From Hadesarchaea archaeon (GTDB lineage: Archaea > Hadarchaeota > Hadarchaeia > Hadarchaeales > Hadarchaeaceae): 16,700 nt of DNA. Numbering within the stretch: position 1 is the first letter of the stretch; the number at the start of each line of letters is the position of its first letter. Of this stretch, positions 14,136-16,700 are shown one piece after another. Where the stretch lies: positions 1 through 16,700 of the forward strand of contig JAUXAS010000010.1 of the NCBI GenBank assembly GCA_030619825.1, given 5' to 3'. The position numbers and the translations under genes were made by a program. The notes under the pieces are model-generated. The model ran no database searches and was not told where the DNA came from. It saw only the letters and a program-made list of their open reading frames with translations.

Positions 14136-16700
14136 TTAATTCAGTACTCCCACAAGTGAATAAAAAGTTGAGGACCGATAAAAATTTATGGTTCCCCTCC
14201 TCCTCAGCCAGATGAGGATCATCGCCAACAACGCCACCACTATTAAAGCCACCACTATTATCTCGAGAGGTCCTATCGGTGGCGGAGCTGTCACCACGAA
14301 TGTCCCCGTCAGCCCATCGACCTCGACGTAGTAGGTCCCCTCGACATCCCTTGAAACGGTGAAGGTGATGGTCTCCGCCACCCCACCCGCGAGCGTCACG
14401 TTTTCGGTCGCCTCGACAAAGTTGTCTATCTTGAGCGTCGCAATGCAAGTGCCCTCGAGGTCGCCGACGTTCGTGACAACAACAGAAATGGTAATAGCCC
14501 CCCCAAGCCCGACTTCGCTAGGATCGATCACCAGATTGCTGAGTTCGAATTCGGCCAGGGCTGGAGCCAAGGTATATCCTATCCCAAAGACCGATAGTCC
14601 AGGGGACTCCGCACGATAATAGTGGTGTGTGCCATCCTCCCCTATCCTCGCGGTCGGCAGCGAAACCCACACCTCGGCGACCGGATCCCATCTCCGCATG
14701 ACTATGGAATCTGGGTCCATGTTCTCCGCGGTTATCCAAGCCTTCTCAACCCCGAAGTTTATCAAAACGATGTCTATGTCGGCATCGGTCATGTTCTCGG
14801 AGACTATGTTTAGGTAACAGTAGGTGACTCCCGGAGCTCCGATCGCTATCTCGGCCGGTTTGTCAGTCAGCTGTTGGACGGTTATCCTCACGTTTTCGAC
14901 ATTTTCCCCCACGTCTATCGTCATCCCGATTATAGCGGTGTTCTCGACCTCGATAGTCGCGTTTTCGTCCGTCGTTATGGATGGGATATCGATGGGTGGA
15001 GATTCGTTCTCAATCAGCTCGGGGGGTATCTCCGTATAGACGCCGGTAATGGTTCTCGTTTCGCCTGCCGTGAGGGTTACAGTTTGGGGCGGAGGGGTCA
15101 AGTAGCCGAGATAGTCCCCGAAGGAAACCGTATAGCTACCCGTGACCAAGGATCTCGTCTGTGGTGCTACCCCCCAGAGGACATTGTCCACGTAGACGCT
15201 AGCTTTTATCGGGGTGGTATCGGCCGTTAGGGTGGCTGGTGCGGGTGGCACGTATACTGTGAATGACCAGCTCTCAGACCATAAGCCGATATTCCCTACA
15301 CCATCAACTCCACGGACGCGCCAGTAATAGGTGCCATCCGCAAAGGCCTCAGCCGAAGTGAGCTCATAAGCCGAAGCAGTTAAGTCGGTCCTCTGAAGGA
15401 CAACCGAGGTAAATCCTTCATCTCTAGCGATGGATAAGTCGTAAGCTACACCAGACGGATCGCTGACATCAGACCAGTCTAAGAGAGGGGTGTTGTCGAT
15501 TATGTTCTCACCATCGGTTGGCGAGATGAGCGAAGGTACGGGTGGAGGTACGGTATCCGGTGGAGGTGGAGGCGGAGGTGGCGGAGGCGGGGAAGAAGTC
15601 GTGAACGTGTAATCTAGAGAGGTAGCCGTGTTATTTACCGCATCGGTCGATTTCACCCTGTAGTGATAAGTCGTGCCTGCGGACAACCCGCTCAAATTTA
15701 TAGAGTGATTAGTAACCAAGGCGTCATCCGACACGGTCAACCCGTATGAGGGGGTCGTGCCGTATTCGACGACGCTGTTGGATGGCTCATCAGTTGTCCA
15801 TGTTACAACAGCCGAGTTTTGGGTGATATTCGAGGCTGTTACTCCAGAGATCGCGGGAGGCGTTGTGTCTACCAGCAGTGTACGAACGGGGGAGAAAACG
15901 CTGATTTTTGCGCCTTTGTGAGCACGGACCCGCCACGAGTAGTTCTCGTCAGCGAGGCCCCCTAGAAGTTCAACGTTCAAATCGTAGTAATTATCTGTGG
16001 TGTTCTCCTTGATCTCTGGCGACAAGAAATTGGAGTCGTTGTCCACCCAGAGCTCGTAGTTATCGGCAACTAGCTTGTTCTCCCATGTGAAAGTTGGAGT
16101 ATTGTCGTTCGTTTTTGTGCCATCTGCGGGTGAAATTGGATAGGGCATGAGGGTGTCGACGCGGAAGGAGCGGGTCGCGGAGTTCTCGCCAACGTTACCC
16201 GCGTTGTCTTTGGCTTGGACCTGCCAGTACCAGAGCCCATCGGTGAGTTGCGTCGTGACTTCCCACTTGTCGGCCGAGATCCAGCCCGAGACGGCGTTGT
16301 CATATGGGAACTCGGAGTTATCGCTCACATGGGCCCGATAGAGGACTGGCTGGCTGGCGTCCAAGACTGGGTTCCAGTCTAGGTCGGGGGTGTTGTCATT
16401 GATGTTTTCCCCATCAAGCGGAGATACCATCGTTGGGGGTGAAGGCGGCGTAATATCCACTTGGAAAAATTGTTGGGAGTTGTCCCCCACATTTCCGAGG
16501 TTGTCGATCGCACGGACGCGCCAATACCATATTCCTTCGCCAAGCTCGGTTACATAGTTGTCATCCGCTACCCCAAAAGCACTATCCTCGGGTGATGAGA
16601 AGTCCAAGTCGTTGTCGATCCAGACATCGTAGGTGAGCGGAAGCGAGTTATCGGCAGGCGCATCCCAGTCGAGGTTTGGCGCGTTGTCGTTGATGTTCTC
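14136..16700 (-). CDS. Large membrane-anchored surface protein (FN3/Ig-like repeats, poly-Pro linker, PEGA, PGF-pre-PGF, CARDB-like, TM); 5' end outside window
   Basis: Frame is open to the window edge (ENINDNAPNLDWD...). Repeats of the form SP.DG..I.DNTP..W...Y(Y/S)W.V.A.D..GN. FN3 with YGTT..YG and GL..GTTYHYRV. Pro-rich linker. PEGA-like ASVYVD..WG..P. AESPGLSVFGI. VVVTNVGDLEG. TM helix followed by RRR. Confidence 0.88.
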   Translation of the reverse strand, partial: ENINDNAPNLDWDAPADNSLPLTYDVWIDNDLDFSSPEDSAFGVADDNYVTELGEGIWYWRVRAIDNLGNVGDNSQQFFQVDITPPSPPTMVSPLDGENINDNTPDLDWNPVLDASQPVLYRAHVSDNSEFPYDNAVSGWISADKWEVTTQLTDGLWYWQVQAKDNAGNVGENSATRSFRVDTLMPYPISPADGTKTNDNTPTFTWENKLVADNYELWVDNDSNFLSPEIKENTTDNYYDLNVELLGGLADENYSWRVRAHKGAKISVFSPVRTLLVDTTPPAISGVTASNITQNSAVVTWTTDEPSNSVVEYGTTPSYGLTVSDDALVTNHSINLSGLSAGTTYHYRVKSTDAVNNTATSLDYTFTTSSPPPPPPPPPPPDTVPPPVPSLISPTDGENIIDNTPLLDWSDVSDPSGVAYDLSIARDEGFTSVVLQRTDLTASAYELTSAEAFADGTYYWRVRGVDGVGNIGLWSESWSFTVYVPPAPATLTADTTPIKASVYVDNVLWGVAPQTRSLVTGSYTVSFGDYLGYLTPPPQTVTLTAGETRTITGVYTEIPPELIENESPPIDIPSITTDENATIEVENTAIIGMTIDVGENVENVRITVQQLTDKPAEIAIGAPGVTYCYLNIVSENMTDADIDIVLINFGVEKAWITAENMDPDSIVMRRWDPVAEVWVSLPTARIGEDGTHHYYRAESPGLSVFGIGYTLAPALAEFELSNLVIDPSEVGLGGAITISVVVTNVGDLEGTCIATLKIDNFVEATENVTLAGGVAETITFTVSRDVEGTYYVEVDGLTGTFVVTAPPPIGPLEIIVVALIVVALLAMILIWLRRRGTINFYRSSTFYSLVGVLN

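Overview
Archaeal genomic DNA, shown by a TFE-alpha gene, a CetZ-type tubulin, a PGF-pre-PGF surface protein, TATA-like promoters and GGTGA/GAGG ribosome-binding sites. A Hadarchaeota-like lineage is my unverified guess. Left to right: the 3' part of nagA and an isochorismatase-family hydrolase. Next is an unusual + strand module (1112-4094): a triple-HTH protein ending in a MinD-like amphipathic helix, two ~75%-identical copies of a small protein with a predicted tandem AbrB (MraZ-like) topology that flank tfe and a ~250-bp non-coding array of TGTGG boxes in 11-bp phase, then a Zn-finger microprotein and a 2-TM protein. A - strand surface-glycan operon follows (Cys-rich microprotein, two GT4s, HprK-like kinase, nucleotidyltransferase, 29-codon ORF, SAM methyltransferase), divergent from a 931-aa Ig-like membrane-anchored surface protein. 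The right end holds a small membrane protein, cetZ, a small AbrB-like gene and a large, 5'-truncated FN3/PEGA/PGF-pre-PGF/CARDB surface protein. Best leads: (1) the phased TGTGG array with its neighbouring DNA-binding and membrane-targeting genes, (2) a strong [D/E]-N bias in both secreted proteins, (3) a 66-67-nt GC-rich structured element present twice upstream of unrelated genes. All family calls come from motif recognition by eye; no database searches were run.
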